A stretch of DNA of 64,000 nt from an uncultured Candidatus Rokubacteria bacterium (GTDB lineage: Bacteria > Methylomirabilota > Methylomirabilia > Rokubacteriales > CSP1-6): positions 32,001 through 96,000 of the forward strand of contig CAWBMV010000036.1 of assembly GCA_963789955.1 (NCBI GenBank). Reading direction: 5' to 3'. The notes beneath the pieces are model-generated. The model was not told the DNA's origin and ran no database searches. It saw nothing but the letters and a program-made list of their open reading frames with translations. Both the position numbers and the translations under genes were made by a program. This document shows positions 43,039-53,954 of the stretch, piece by piece. Each line of letters opens with the position of its first letter. Within the stretch, counting starts at the first letter, position 1.

Positions 43039-46000
43039 TCAGCAAAGGAACGGAAGCACCATGAGCGTGTCGGGCTCGACTCCGGCTCGCTCGCACACCT
43101 GCCTGCGCCTTCGCCAGGTACGACTCGGCGAGCTCCTGGTTGCCGGCGTCGAGGTGCAAGGTGGCCAGGCCATCGTAGCAGGGGAACAGGAGCTGGGGCT
43201 CGCCGACTTGTTCGGCGAGGCCGAGCGCTTCCTGGTACGACGCGAATGCCTCGGCGTGGTCGCCGTGACACTGGTGGATCTGGCCGAGCACGATCAGCGG
43301 CACCGCCAGATGATCGATCAATCCCAGCCGTCGATCGAGATCGATGGCGGCTCGGGCGGCCTCGACACCTTCGGCCTCACACTGATCCGTCAGGGCGCAG
43401 TAGGCCACCGCGAGATTCGCGTAGAGCCGTGACTGAAAGCCGAGATCGCCCACTTTCTTGGCGGTCTCGAGCCCCTTGAGACACGTCTCGATGCTGCGGC
43501 GCGGGTCGAGCGAGCTGTAGAGCACTCCAAGATTCGTATACCCGCGGCAGGCGTCCTGCAACAGATTGCGCGCCTCCGCCAGGCCGATGCTCTGCTCGAT
43601 CTGCGCGACGGCCTCGGTGAGGCGCCCGGTCCTCGCGAGCGCGACACCGAGGGTGTTGTAGGCCTGCGCGCGCATGGCCGCGGCCTCACGAGCGCGCGCG
43701 CCGTCGGTGGCCGTTTCCTGCTCGTTCGCCACCTCCGCGAGGGCCCGCTCGGCCCACTCGATGGCTCCGGCGTTGTCGCCCGCCCGGAACGCGAGCCGGC
43801 CCATCTCCTGGAACAGGTGCGCGCGCTCGAGCGGGTCGCCATCACTGCCCAGGCGTTCGAGGCCCGCGGCGAAGCAGGCGCCGGCGCGCTCGCGGTCACC
43901 GGCCTCCCAGTGCAGGCCGCCGATCTTCCGATGCAGGCGCGCGCCGGCCGCGCGATCCTCGCAGGCCTCGAGCTCCTGCCGCACCGATTCGTAGTGCGCG
44001 AGCGCCTCGGCCCGCCGTCCGATGAGCCCCAGCAGATCGGCGAGGCGCTCGCGGGCCGCGCGCGTCTCGACCTCGCAGAGCTCGCACTCGGCGAGGGTGC
44101 GAAGCGCGCGCTCGTAGTGGCGAATCGCGTCGTCGTTGGCGTACACGCCTCGCGCCCAGTCGCCGGCGGCCAGGAGATAGCGCGCTCCGCGCGGCTTGTC
44201 GGCGCTGAGGCTCCAGTGATGGCCGAGCGCTTCCAGGTCGCTGAGCCGTTCGGGGTGCGGGCCGGCGAGCCGCTCGAGCGCGCGCCCGGCCGTCTCGTGC
44301 AGCTCGGTGCGGCGCGCGAGCAGCAGATTCTGGTAGACGACCTCGTGGGTGAGCGCGTGCGTGAAGCGGTAGCGCGCGCCATCGCGGCCGGATCCGGCCG
44401 ACTGGATCACATCGGCCTCGACGAGGCGGTCGAGGGCGACATGGGCCGTCGCCGCGTCGCTCGCCACCGCCCGCAGGAGCGATTCGTCGAACTCCGCGCC
44501 GAGCACGGCGGCCTCCTGAAGCAGGCGGCGCGCGTCGGCCGGAAGTCGATCGACCCGCGAGAGCAGCAAGCCCTGCAGGGTCGGAGGGACGTCGACCGCC
44601 TCGTAGGCCGCCGTGCTCGCCCAGTGCTCGCCCGTGCGGACGAGCACGCCCTTGCCCACCAGGCTCCGGACGACCTCTTCGACGAAGAGCGGATTGCCGC
44701 TGGCGCGCGTCGCGACGAAGTCCTGGAGCGGACCCAGCTGGTCGCCGCCTGCCGCGCCGAAGAGGCCGACCACCAGCGCCCGGGTCTCGTCACGAGAAAG
44801 CGGGTGGACGCGGATGACCGTCTGCGCGGCGCGGGTCACCTGCGGCGGCGTGCGCCTCGGGCCGGTGCGAGAGCAGCACCATCAGCGGCTTGTCCGCGAG
44901 GTGGTCGACCACGTTCCGGAGCAGGTCGATCGAGGCGTTGTCGGCCCAGTGGAGATCGTCGACGACGATCATCAAGGGTCGTGCTGGACGCGCCGTTCGA
45001 TCAGGGCGCGGGCCGCCAGGGCGATCTGGCGCTGCAGCTGCTCGGGCTCGACGTCGCTCGGCTTGGCGTCCTCCACGCCGAGCATGTAGCTCAGCACGGG
45101 GGCGATCGCTTCGGCCTCGTCCGACCGCGGCGCCGAGCGCCAGGAGGCCGTCGATCAGCTTGCGCCGGGCGACGTCGAGCGAGTCGGCCTGGTCGACCTT
45201 GTACGCGTCGCGAAAGAGCGCCCCGAAGATGCCGTAGGTCGGCTCGCCCAAGGACGAGCACGTCGCGCGTCTGACGACGGTACCTGCGAGCCGGCCTTCG
45301 GCCTCGAGCGTCGAGAAGAACTCGGCGATGAGGCGCGACTTGCCGGTCCCGGCTTCGCCGACCAGGCTGACCAGCTGGGCCCGGCCGCGCTGCATGCGGT
45401 CGAACGCGCTCTTGAGCTGGTCGAGCTCGTCCGCGCGGCCGACAAGCGGCGCCCCGAGCCCCAGCGCGGCGAGCCCGCGCCCGGATCTGGGCTCGGCCAT
45501 GGCGCCGAGGAGGCGATGGACGACGACGGGCTCGGACTTGCCGCGAAGCGAGATCTCTCCGCCGGGCTCGAACGCGAAGCGATGCCGCGTCAGCGCGTAG
45601 GTCGCCTCGGACACCAGAATCGTGCCGGGCGCCGCGGCGGCCAGGAGGCGCGCGGTCGTGTTCACGGTGTCGCCGGTCACGGCATACGCGGCGCCGGCCG
45701 CGGCGCCGAGGCTGCCGGCGACGACCGGACCGCTGTGGACGCCGATGTGGAGCGTCACGCGCTGGCCGAGTCGCGCGGCCCAGCGATCAGCGAGCCCGGC
45801 GGCGCGCTCGAGCATGTCGAGCGACGCGTCGAGGGCGCGCTGCGGGTCGTCTTCGTGCGCGACCGGCGCGCCGAAGACGGCCATCACCGCGTCGCCCACG
45901 AATTTCTCGACGAATCCGTCGAAGCGCTCGATCGCCTGCGCCAGCGTCTCGAACAGCGCGTTCTGAAACGCGCGGACCTCTTCGGGGTCGAGCCGCTCCG

Positions 46001-46284
46001 ACAGCGAGGTGAACCCGGAAAGGTCCGCGAAGAGGACGGTCACCTGCCTCCGGTCGGCTTCACGCTCGTCCGCCGCCACCCCGGTGCCGGAGCTGCGGGT
46101 GCCGCGGGACGCCCTTGTTCGCCGCGGCGGCCGAGCCGCGCGACGCGCCACAGCGGGGGCAGAACGCGAAGTCGGCCTCGAGCGACGACCCGCAGGCGGC
46201 ACAGGGCGTCGGCTGGCGCCGCCCGCAGCGCGGGCAAAACGCGAAGTCCGGAGAAGTTTCGAGGCCGCAGCCGGCGCACGCCAT
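43039..46284 (-). CDS. Class III adenylate/guanylate cyclase with double Zn ribbon, STAND-type AAA ATPase and TPR repeats (several frameshifts)
   Basis: CxxC...FCPRCG twice; VLFADLSGFT, KFVGDAVMA, GDTVNTTARL; GEAGTGKS, VDDLHWAD, GNPLF; TPR-like helices; ends ...MVLPFLC. Confidence 0.9.
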
Positions 46285-46399
46285 CGTATCGACTAGTCTA
46301 ACCGGCAACACCTGGGATCCTTGACCCTACTTGTTCGGTGGGCTTACGCTCGGTTCTCGATCATCTCGACCGACCACGCCCGATCTTGGAGGCGATGCG

Positions 46400-47956
46400 A
46401 TGACCCAACGCAGACGAACGATCACGGCCGGCGCGCTTGCGCTGGCGCTATGCGCGTGGACCCCCGCGATCCTGGCCCCCGAAGCGCGTGCCGAGGCGCC
46501 GGCGGGCCAGATCACCTGGGCGTTGCACTTCACACTGGCGCCGACGCTCTTCGAGCCGGCCGAGACGCCCGGGCTCATCACGCCGTTCATGATGCTCTAC
46601 GCGCTTCACGACGCGATGCTCAAGCCCATGCCCGGCAAGAGCATGGCTCCGAGCCTGGCCGAGTCGTGGAGCATGTCGCCCGACGGGCTCGTCTACGAGT
46701 TCGTGCTGCGCAAGGGCGTGCGCTTCCACAATGGCGAGCCGGTCACCGCCGAGGACGTGAAGTTCTCGTTCGAGCGCTATCGCGGCATCTCGGCGAAGAC
46801 TCTCAAGGACAGGGTGGCGGCGGTGGAGACGCCGGACCCCACCCGCGTGCGCTTCAAGCTCAAGCAGCCGTGGCCCGACTTCATGACCTTCTACGGCACG
46901 CCGGCCACCGGTGCGGGCTGGATCGTGCCCAAGAAATACGTCGAGAAGGTCGGCGAGGAGGGCTTCAAGAAGCACCCGATCGGGGCCGGGCCGTATCGCT
47001 TCGTCTCGTTCACGCCAGGCGTCGAGCTCGTGCTCGAGGCCTTCGAGGGCTACTGGCGCAAGACGCCGAGCGTGAAGCAGCTCTCGTTCAAGGTGGTCAC
47101 GGAGATCTCGACCCGGCTGGCGATGCTCAAGCGGGGCGAAGCCGATATAGCCTATGCCATGACCGGGCCGCTCGGTGAGGAAGTGCGGCGTACGCCCGGG
47201 CTCACGCTGCATCCGACGCCGTTCTCGAGCACGCACTGGCTCGTCTTCGCCGACCAGTGGGACGCGAGCTCGCCGTGGCACGACCGGCGCGTGCGCCTGG
47301 CCGCCACCTATGCCGTCGATCGTCCGGCGATCAACCAGGCGGAGACCCTGGGGTTCTCGAAGATCACCGGCAGCTTCATCCCGACCAGCTTCGAATTCTA
47401 CTGGCAGCCACCGATCTATCCATACGATCCGGCCAAGGCGCGACAGCTTCTCGCGGAGGCCGGATACCCCAAGGGCTTCGATGCCGGCGATTTCTGGTGT
47501 GACGCCGGCGGCACCAACTACTGCGAGCCCGTGCTCAACTATCTGCAGGCCGCCGGGATCCGGTCGAAGCTCCGCCCGCTCGAGCGCGCGGCGTTCCTGA
47601 AGGCGTATCAGGAAAAGAAGCTGAAGAACCTCATCTACGGCTTGAGCGGTGTCTCCGGCAACGCGGCGACGCGGCTCGAGGCGTTCACGGTCTCGACCGG
47701 CTCGTACGCGTACGGCGGCTATCCCGACATCGACGGACTGTTCAGAGAGCAGGCGACCGAGCTCGACTCGAAGAAGCGCGAGGCCATCCTGCACCGGATC
47801 CAGCAGCTGATCCACGAGAAGGTCATGTACCTGCCGATCTGGCAGCTCGCCCTGCTGCAGGCCTCCGGCCCGCGCATCGCCGAATCCGGGTTCGGTCTCA
47901 TCACCGACTATCCGTGGTCGGCGCCCTACGAGGACGTGAAGCTCAAAGGTAAGTAG
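46400..47956 (+). CDS. ABC transporter substrate-binding protein, family 5 (peptide/nickel)
   Basis: Signal peptide; PSLAESW, F.LRKGVRFHNG..VTAEDVKFSFER, PIGAGPY, D.RVR.A. Confidence 0.93.
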   Translation: MTQRRRTITAGALALALCAWTPAILAPEARAEAPAGQITWALHFTLAPTLFEPAETPGLITPFMMLYALHDAMLKPMPGKSMAPSLAESWSMSPDGLVYEFVLRKGVRFHNGEPVTAEDVKFSFERYRGISAKTLKDRVAAVETPDPTRVRFKLKQPWPDFMTFYGTPATGAGWIVPKKYVEKVGEEGFKKHPIGAGPYRFVSFTPGVELVLEAFEGYWRKTPSVKQLSFKVVTEISTRLAMLKRGEADIAYAMTGPLGEEVRRTPGLTLHPTPFSSTHWLVFADQWDASSPWHDRRVRLAATYAVDRPAINQAETLGFSKITGSFIPTSFEFYWQPPIYPYDPAKARQLLAEAGYPKGFDAGDFWCDAGGTNYCEPVLNYLQAAGIRSKLRPLERAAFLKAYQEKKLKNLIYGLSGVSGNAATRLEAFTVSTGSYAYGGYPDIDGLFREQATELDSKKREAILHRIQQLIHEKVMYLPIWQLALLQASGPRIAESGFGLITDYPWSAPYEDVKLKGK

Positions 47957-48056
47957 GACACTCTGGGCGGCCCTGCGCTTCCTCGGAACGTCATCGTGAC
48001 GCTCTCCGACGACGCCCGCGCGACGTCGCTTATCACGGCCGGGCGCGCGGTTGCTG

Positions 48057-49244
48057 TCACGATACTGCACGCCCCCGAAGGCCCAGGAGCGCACTGACCA
48101 GGAGTAGCGCCAGGACGACATTGCGGACGACGACGAGCAGAGCGGCCGGCGCGCCGGCTATGACCAGATCGTAGTAGGACCAGAAAACCATCGTGAGGAG
48201 CACTGCGAGCGCCGCCATTCCGACCGACCGCCGGTCGCCCTCGGCCCAGGCGATCCCCGCGGCTGGCGTGAGCCAGATGACGTATTGAGCCGAGAGAAGA
48301 GCTGACAACAGGAGCAGGGCAGCAACTGCCGCCAGCCAACCGGAGCCTGGCCGGTTCGTTCGGAACCCGCGCCAACTGCTCCAGAGACACATCGGCGCCG
48401 CGGCCAGAAACATCGCGATGCTGACGGCTCCGGTCGTTGTCCCGATACGCCATGCACCGCTCTCGAGTCGCAACGTCTCCGAGCCGCGAAGATGAATCAA
48501 GCTGCCGACCACGCTTTCGATCTGCCATCCCTGGGCGCCTCGAAACGTGAGCACCTGCATCAGGCTGTTCGCGCCAGCGAGCCACGCTGCGGCGCCGGCG
48601 AGGACACCTGCCACCACGGCGAACGCGGCGAGTGGCGTCAAACCGACCGGAATGCGCCGATCGATCTGCGTCCGCGCCGGGCCGAAGGCCCCTGCTTCGG
48701 ATCGTCCACCGCCCTGGAGTATGAGCGGCGTGAGGACCAGCGGCCACAACTTGAAGGCGCTGCCGACGGCGAGCGCGGCGCCGGATCCGCCCGGGCGGCC
48801 GCGCCGCCACGACGCCACGGCGAGGGTTGCCGCGGCCGTCGACCACGCGTCGACGCGGTTGAAGAACAGTCCCAGGACCGGGACGAGGATCACCGCATAG
48901 CAGGCGGCGGCCTCGACGCCCCATCCCCGGATCAGCGCGGCGACAATCAGCGCGTCGCCCAGAGCATTCAGAGCGACGACGCCGTAACCGAATGTGTCGC
49001 GGCCTCCGAGACCGGCCAGCAGTTTGAACACGAGGAGTGTGTCGATCGGATGTTCGACCTGATAGTCCACGTACGGCCGGCCCGGGGTGCTGGCGATTGC
49101 GTAGTAGCGGTTGAAGTCGTCGCGCTTCTCGGGACTGTTGATGAACGAGCGGATGCCGATCGCGGCGTGGACGACGAGCGCGATCACCAGTATCGCGGAG
49201 CTGAGTGCGGGCGTGATTGCCTTGTTCGCATTCGTCACGGACAC
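48057..49244 (-). CDS. GT-C fold membrane glycosyltransferase (GT87/DUF2029-like)
   Basis: PYVDYQVEHP, NRVD, FKLWP, RG.QIES, LSAQYVIWL; about 10 TM helices. Confidence 0.7.
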   Translation of the reverse strand: MSVTNANKAITPALSSAILVIALVVHAAIGIRSFINSPEKRDDFNRYYAIASTPGRPYVDYQVEHPIDTLLVFKLLAGLGGRDTFGYGVVALNALGDALIVAALIRGWGVEAAACYAVILVPVLGLFFNRVDAWSTAAATLAVASWRRGRPGGSGAALAVGSAFKLWPLVLTPLILQGGGRSEAGAFGPARTQIDRRIPVGLTPLAAFAVVAGVLAGAAAWLAGANSLMQVLTFRGAQGWQIESVVGSLIHLRGSETLRLESGAWRIGTTTGAVSIAMFLAAAPMCLWSSWRGFRTNRPGSGWLAAVAALLLLSALLSAQYVIWLTPAAGIAWAEGDRRSVGMAALAVLLTMVFWSYYDLVIAGAPAALLVVVRNVVLALLLVSALLGLRGRAVS

Positions 49245-49394
49245 GTGCGCCTACTGTGTCATGCGGCCGATCAAGATCGGCTTCAGGTGCATGGCCCGAT
49301 TATACTTTCCCGCGCGTCACGGACGGACTCCGCGCTCGCGGGTCTACTTCCCGATTTTGGCGAGGTTTACGAAAGCCGAGCACGACGTCACGCG

Positions 49395-49520
49395 ATGGTC
49401 ATGCGCTACGCGCACCTGGCGCCCGAACACCTCGGTACGGTCGTCGCCCGCCTCGACGCCGCGCTGACCCTCGCGAATCCGGCGCAAGCTTCGGCGCATG
49501 AGCCAGTTCGTGTATCGTAA
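49395..49520 (+). pseudogene. C-terminal remnant of a tyrosine recombinase/integrase
   Basis: MVMRYAHLAPEHL matches the box II catalytic-Tyr segment; no upstream LG(H/G)W or box I; ends 9 bp before tRNA-Arg. Confidence 0.65.
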
Positions 49521-49529
49521 CTACCTGAC

Positions 49530-49606
49530 GCGCCTGTAGCTCAGTTGGATAGAGCATCGGACTTCTAATCCGAGGGTCGCAGGTTCGACTCCTGCCAGGC
49601 GCACCA
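49530..49606 (+). tRNA. tRNA-Arg (anticodon TCT)
   Basis: GCGCCTG/CAGGCGC acceptor, TCGGA-CT-TCT-AA-TCCGA, GTTCGACT, CCA. Confidence 0.97.
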
Positions 49607-49615
49607 CGCAAAATC

Positions 49616-50909
49616 GGTCCATTCCGGACACACGGGTAACAGTTCATTCCGGGGACATGGGTAACACTTTCGGGCCGAACGGGTTGTCGATCGGTTCGAG
49701 TCGGCACGTCTCATCGTCGAAGTAGCCCAAATCGTAGTGCATGAAGGTCACGAGCCAGATGCGCTCGGCGACCTGCGTCACGCCGACGTTCTGGCCGGCG
49801 AAAACGCGGCTGAGATTTACCTTTCGGCGTTTGAAGCAGATCCGGCCACACCGGGTGACGCTGATCGTGTGGTCGTGAAAGGGATAGGTGAGCTCTTGAA
49901 GTCCCCGGTAGACGCGCGGCGATCGCGCGTAGACGTCGGCGGGAACTTTCATCCCTAAAGCCTGGTGCGGCCGTGCGTGGTTATAGCGTTCGACGAAGGC
50001 GTCGAACCGGGCCTGCGGCTGGAGCACGTTGGCGGCGACGGGCTTGGTGGCTTCGGTCTTCAGCGTGAGATGCATGCGTTCGTGCCGGCCGTTTTGCTGG
50101 GGATGACCGGGTTGGATGCGCTCGATGTGGATCCCAAGACGGAGCCACCAGACGGAGAGTTTGCTGAGGCCATAAAGCGCGTGGGCGGAGGCAAAGGGCA
50201 CGCCGTTGTCGGTGCGAATGGTTTGCGGGAGACCAAATTCCTTGAAGGTGCGCTCGAAGACGGTGAAGGCGAACTTTTCCTGCGTTGTTGACAGCGCCTC
50301 ACAAGTGAGGAGGTAGCGGCTCGCGAAGTCGGTGATGGTGAGAGGGTAGCAGTAGCGGCGGTCGCCGAGCATGAATTCGCCTTTGTAGTCGGCGCACCAG
50401 AGCGCGTTCGGGTCGGTCGGGCGAGATAGCTCGGTGCCGCGGGCGGGGTGGCGCCGACGGCGGCGACGTTTGACGAGGCCGTGGCGGTCGAGAACGGCAT
50501 GGACGGTACTGATCGCGGGCAGGTGCGACCCCGCCGATTGCTGGCGGAGCTTCTCGCGGATCTTGGGCGCGCCCCAGCCGGGATACTCGCGCTTGAGGCG
50601 GACGATGATCGCCTCGATCTGGGCCGGGAGGCGGTTCGCCTGGCGGAAGGGCCGGCGGCTGCGGTCGGTCAGCGCCTCGAGGCCGCAATCTTTGTAGCGG
50701 TCGAAGATCTTGTAGCCGGTCTTGCGGGAGATGCCGAACTCGGCGCACAGAGGCGCCATCTTCTCGCCCTCGAGTAGGCGGGCGACAAATCGGAGCCGTT
50801 CGTCCATGACGTGACACTCCTTCCAAGGCATGCCCTCCTCCTCCGAAGAGAGCAAGAAGTGTCACCCATGTGTCCGGAATACTCTGTTACCTATCTCGCA
50901 GGAAGGACA
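49616..50909 (-). mobile_element. IS481-family insertion sequence
   Basis: Transposase flanked by doubled imperfect inverted repeats (ATTCCGGACACACGGGTAACA and ATTCCGGGGACATGGGTAACA left; TGTCACCCATGTGTCCGGAAT and TGTTACCTATCTCGCAGGAAGGACA right). Confidence 0.88.
49644..50831 (-). CDS. IS481-family DDE transposase
   Basis: MPWKE, GISRKTGYK HTH, WG.PK, WCADYKG, RTDNG.PF, P.QNGRHERMH, YN..RPH.AL. Confidence 0.93.
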   Translation of the reverse strand: MPWKECHVMDERLRFVARLLEGEKMAPLCAEFGISRKTGYKIFDRYKDCGLEALTDRSRRPFRQANRLPAQIEAIIVRLKREYPGWGAPKIREKLRQQSAGSHLPAISTVHAVLDRHGLVKRRRRRRHPARGTELSRPTDPNALWCADYKGEFMLGDRRYCYPLTITDFASRYLLTCEALSTTQEKFAFTVFERTFKEFGLPQTIRTDNGVPFASAHALYGLSKLSVWWLRLGIHIERIQPGHPQQNGRHERMHLTLKTEATKPVAANVLQPQARFDAFVERYNHARPHQALGMKVPADVYARSPRVYRGLQELTYPFHDHTISVTRCGRICFKRRKVNLSRVFAGQNVGVTQVAERIWLVTFMHYDLGYFDDETCRLEPIDNPFGPKVLPMSPE

Positions 50910-51161
50910 CTGCGTAGCAGGCGCTGTCGCTGGCGATATCGTAGTGATCTCGGTAAACGGACGTACGACAACCGTGCCACAACTCGGTATTGCCGCTGGG
51001 CTGGGATGTGCAGGTGGCGCTACAGTCGCAGTTGGTGTTGGCGTGGTCGCCGGCCAGTGAGTCGGTGGATAGCAAACCTCGTCACACCTTGCCTCTTCTT
51101 CGCATCGCCACAACGCAACCGCACGGTTGCGCGCGGGCTCTCCAATGGACGAACGACGAAG

Positions 51162-52061
51162 TCAAGCAACGAAGGAGCGTGACCGCGCGGTTTCCCTTGC
51201 CACGCTGACGAACGCTTGGACGAAGGGCCCCTCACGTTCTCGGTGCCACGCGATGACAGTCTCCAGCGCCGGGCCGGTCGGCGTCAGACGCCGATACGCG
51301 ATCCCAGGCCGCTTCAGCCTCTGCAACGAGGCGGGCACCAATGAAATGCCAACGCCGGCCGCGACCACCGCGAGGACGGACTGAGGATTCTCGACCTCGT
51401 ATTTGACTTTCAGCGTCACCCCTGCGTCGCGGCATGCCCTGGCAACGAGGGCCTGATAGGCCGGCGCTCGCCGGCGCGAGAAGAGCACGTAGGGCTGATC
51501 GACGAGAGCTTCCCATGGAACTCGCTGGTAGTCCGTAAAGCGGTGCCCACGTGGGAACGCGACGACCAGGCTCTCCGAGAACAGGCGCTCACTCACGAGC
51601 GCGTCGCTCGGGATCGGCGGCCGAAGAATCCCTGCATGGATGGACCCGTCCTCGAGGGCGGACACCTGCTCTGGAGCCGTCAGATCGCGCAGCTCGACCT
51701 CGACATCCGGATGTCGCCGCGCGAAGAGTCGAATAATCCTCGCACCGTTGAGAAAGTCGGCCCACAGGGCGCAGCCCACAACAAGCTGGCCGACCTCACC
51801 ACGCTTCGCTCGCTGGACCGATCGGGCGGCCTGCTCGGCCTGTGCGATGACGGCCCGGGCTTCCGCGAGGAATACTCGGCCGGCGGGCGTTAGCTCGACG
51901 CGCCGCGTCGATCGATGGAAGAGGGGTGTCTGCAGCTCCGTCTCAAGGCGCTGAATCTGCTGGCTCAGGGGGGGTTGAGAGATGTTGAGCCTCGCCGCCG
52001 CTCGCCCAAAATGACGTTCCTCGGCGACCGCCACGAAGTAGCGCAGGTGCCGCAGCTCCAT
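51162..52061 (-). CDS. LysR-family transcriptional regulator
   Basis: MELRHLRYFVAVAEE.HFGRAA.RL.ISQPPLSQQI. Confidence 0.96.
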   Translation of the reverse strand: MELRHLRYFVAVAEERHFGRAAARLNISQPPLSQQIQRLETELQTPLFHRSTRRVELTPAGRVFLAEARAVIAQAEQAARSVQRAKRGEVGQLVVGCALWADFLNGARIIRLFARRHPDVEVELRDLTAPEQVSALEDGSIHAGILRPPIPSDALVSERLFSESLVVAFPRGHRFTDYQRVPWEALVDQPYVLFSRRRAPAYQALVARACRDAGVTLKVKYEVENPQSVLAVVAAGVGISLVPASLQRLKRPGIAYRRLTPTGPALETVIAWHREREGPFVQAFVSVARETARSRSFVA

Positions 52062-52242
52062 TACGGGGGACTCATATCACCAACGTCTGAATGGCGCTGG
52101 AAAAAGATATTGGACACCCGACTGCGCCGATCGCATCGTCGTCTCGACACTGGCAAAAACGGCCTTCGTCATCGATCGAATCGGTTACCGAGCAGCCCTC
52201 AGGTCGGGCTCACGGTCGTCCGTGGTATCGAGGGAGGACGTC

Positions 52243-52704
52243 ATGCGAACTGCTGTTTGTCTTGCCACGTCGGGCGCGCTCCTACTTTGGTCAACTGTAG
52301 ACAGCTGGGCCGAGCGGCCCGACTCGATCGGCGCAACGAACACGATCCTCACCATCTCCGTCCTCGCGGCGATCACGTTGGCCATCGTCGTCGTCGCGAG
52401 GTCTCTGGTCACCAGACGGAAGCAGATGGAGGAGGCCGTCATCCTTCAGTCGCAGCTGTCCGACGCGCTCGCGCGTGAAGTTCAGCTGCGTGGCTTGCAG
52501 ATCATTCCGAAGTCTCACGTCTCCGGATGGCGCAAATCGCACGTGACGATCCAGGTCGTCGGCGAGGTCCCGACGCCGGAGATTCGCGAGACGGTGATGC
52601 GAATCGCTCGGGCTGAGGTCCGGCGGTTCCGGCCGGACGTCATCCCCGAGGATCACCTCTTCATCGTTCCGCCGGTGCATCAGGATCTCTCGCGTTCCGG
52701 GTAA
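52243..52704 (+). CDS. Membrane-anchored hypothetical protein (BON-like C-terminal domain)
   Basis: GGGAGG RBS; TM helix; LSDAL, V.GEVPTPE.RE...DHL pattern. Confidence 0.55.
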   Translation: MRTAVCLATSGALLLWSTVDSWAERPDSIGATNTILTISVLAAITLAIVVVARSLVTRRKQMEEAVILQSQLSDALAREVQLRGLQIIPKSHVSGWRKSHVTIQVVGEVPTPEIRETVMRIARAEVRRFRPDVIPEDHLFIVPPVHQDLSRSG

Positions 52705-52717
52705 TGGTGATGCCGGC

Positions 52718-53026
52718 ATGATCCGCCTCACGCAAAAGACGTCACTCGTGGCGTTGGCCGTGCTCGCGTGTGCCGCGACCGCCTCTGGCGGCGACGGCGA
52801 GTGGGCGGTCTGGCTCACTCCGATATCAGACAATCCGCCACGATGGGGATCGAGTGCTCGGCACAAATTCCCGACGCTCGAAGATTGCGACCGACACGCC
52901 GCGTTGATCTTCGCCGAGTTCCATCTGATGCATCCGACTGCGGTGCTCGAGGCGCGCTGTTTCGCCGAGACCGCCGACTGGCGCCAGGCGAAAGACCAGG
53001 ACCTTTGGCAACGGGACTCCTACTGA
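52718..53026 (+). CDS. Small secreted hypothetical protein (W.VW ... F.T..DC ... RC)
   Basis: Signal peptide; Cys pair in the mature part. Confidence 0.55.
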   Translation: MIRLTQKTSLVALAVLACAATASGGDGEWAVWLTPISDNPPRWGSSARHKFPTLEDCDRHAALIFAEFHLMHPTAVLEARCFAETADWRQAKDQDLWQRDSY

Positions 53027-53127
53027 GCACGTTCGGTGGGAGCGCGCGGCCGAGCAGTTGTGCGGTTCGGGCTCAGCGAGACCGACAGCCTCCGGCGCAG
53101 GCAGGCACAATCAGAAAGGCCGCGGCG

Positions 53128-53538
53128 GTGGTGAAGGCTCCGGCCGCTAAAATTCTCGTGATCGACGACAACGCCGCGGTGGTTGACGTCCTGGTCGCCT
53201 GTCTCCATGAAGAGGGGTACAGGGTCTCAGGCGCACTCACGGGCGAAGAGGGCCTGAAGGGCTTCATCTTGTCCCGCCCAGATCTGGTTTTGCTCGACGT
53301 GGCGCTGGCCGGCGGAATGGACGGCGTCGAAGTGCTCAAGCGAATCCGTTTGATCAATCCGGCGGCCAAGGTCGTCATGGTGACCGGGAACAGAGACGCC
53401 ACACTTGCTCGCGACACCCTCGAACGTGGCGCCCTCGCCTACGTGGACAAGCCGTTCGACTTTGCTTACCTCAAGCGGGTAGTCGCCATGGCGTTCCAGA
53501 CAGAGCGCGCGCAACCGAACGAACATTCAACGGGCTGA
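53128..53538 (+). CDS. Single-domain response regulator
   Basis: KILVIDDN, DLVLLDV, VMVTG, YVDKPF. Confidence 0.9.
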   Translation: MVKAPAAKILVIDDNAAVVDVLVACLHEEGYRVSGALTGEEGLKGFILSRPDLVLLDVALAGGMDGVEVLKRIRLINPAAKVVMVTGNRDATLARDTLERGALAYVDKPFDFAYLKRVVAMAFQTERAQPNEHSTG

Positions 53539-53572
53539 CCGCGCATCTTTCATTCGCGACCGATCCCGCAGG

Positions 53573-53921
53573 TTGCTTCTCGCCCTCTGCCTGCTCACTT
53601 CGGCGTCGCGACGGCCTGCGCCGAGAGTTCGTGGGTATTTTGGGAAGAGTCAGCTCGTCCTCCACTTTACGAAGGCTCGACCCGGGCGGTGTCGGCGTGG
53701 AAAACGACGGAGGCTTGCGAGCAGGCGCTAACCCAACAGTTGGGGTCGGATTCATACGAGTACTCAAGAACGCGAACGCGGACGCGGAAGTGATGATTGA
53801 CCATGAGCCCGGTCGGCCACGTCTGTTGGTGCGGACAAAGGGCCGTACCGAACCCGTCATCGTGACTACCTATGTCTGTCTCCCCGACACCGTGGACCCG
53901 CGCGAGGTGAAGCGGAAGTAA
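53573..53921 (+). pseudogene. Frameshifted small secreted protein ending CLPDTVDPR
   Basis: Pieces in three frames: LLLALCLLTS / ATACAESSWVFW...AWKTTEACEQAL / YVCLPDTVDPREVKRK. Confidence 0.5.
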
Positions 53922-53954
53922 ACGAACTGTGCGATCTTCGAGAGCTCGAGGCAC

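Noticed and set aside
50862..51113. Short Cys/Thr-rich ORFs right of the IS481 as a RiPP precursor or interrupted gene
   Set aside because: Several frames are equally weak, there is no RBS and no modifying enzymes are nearby; not supportable.
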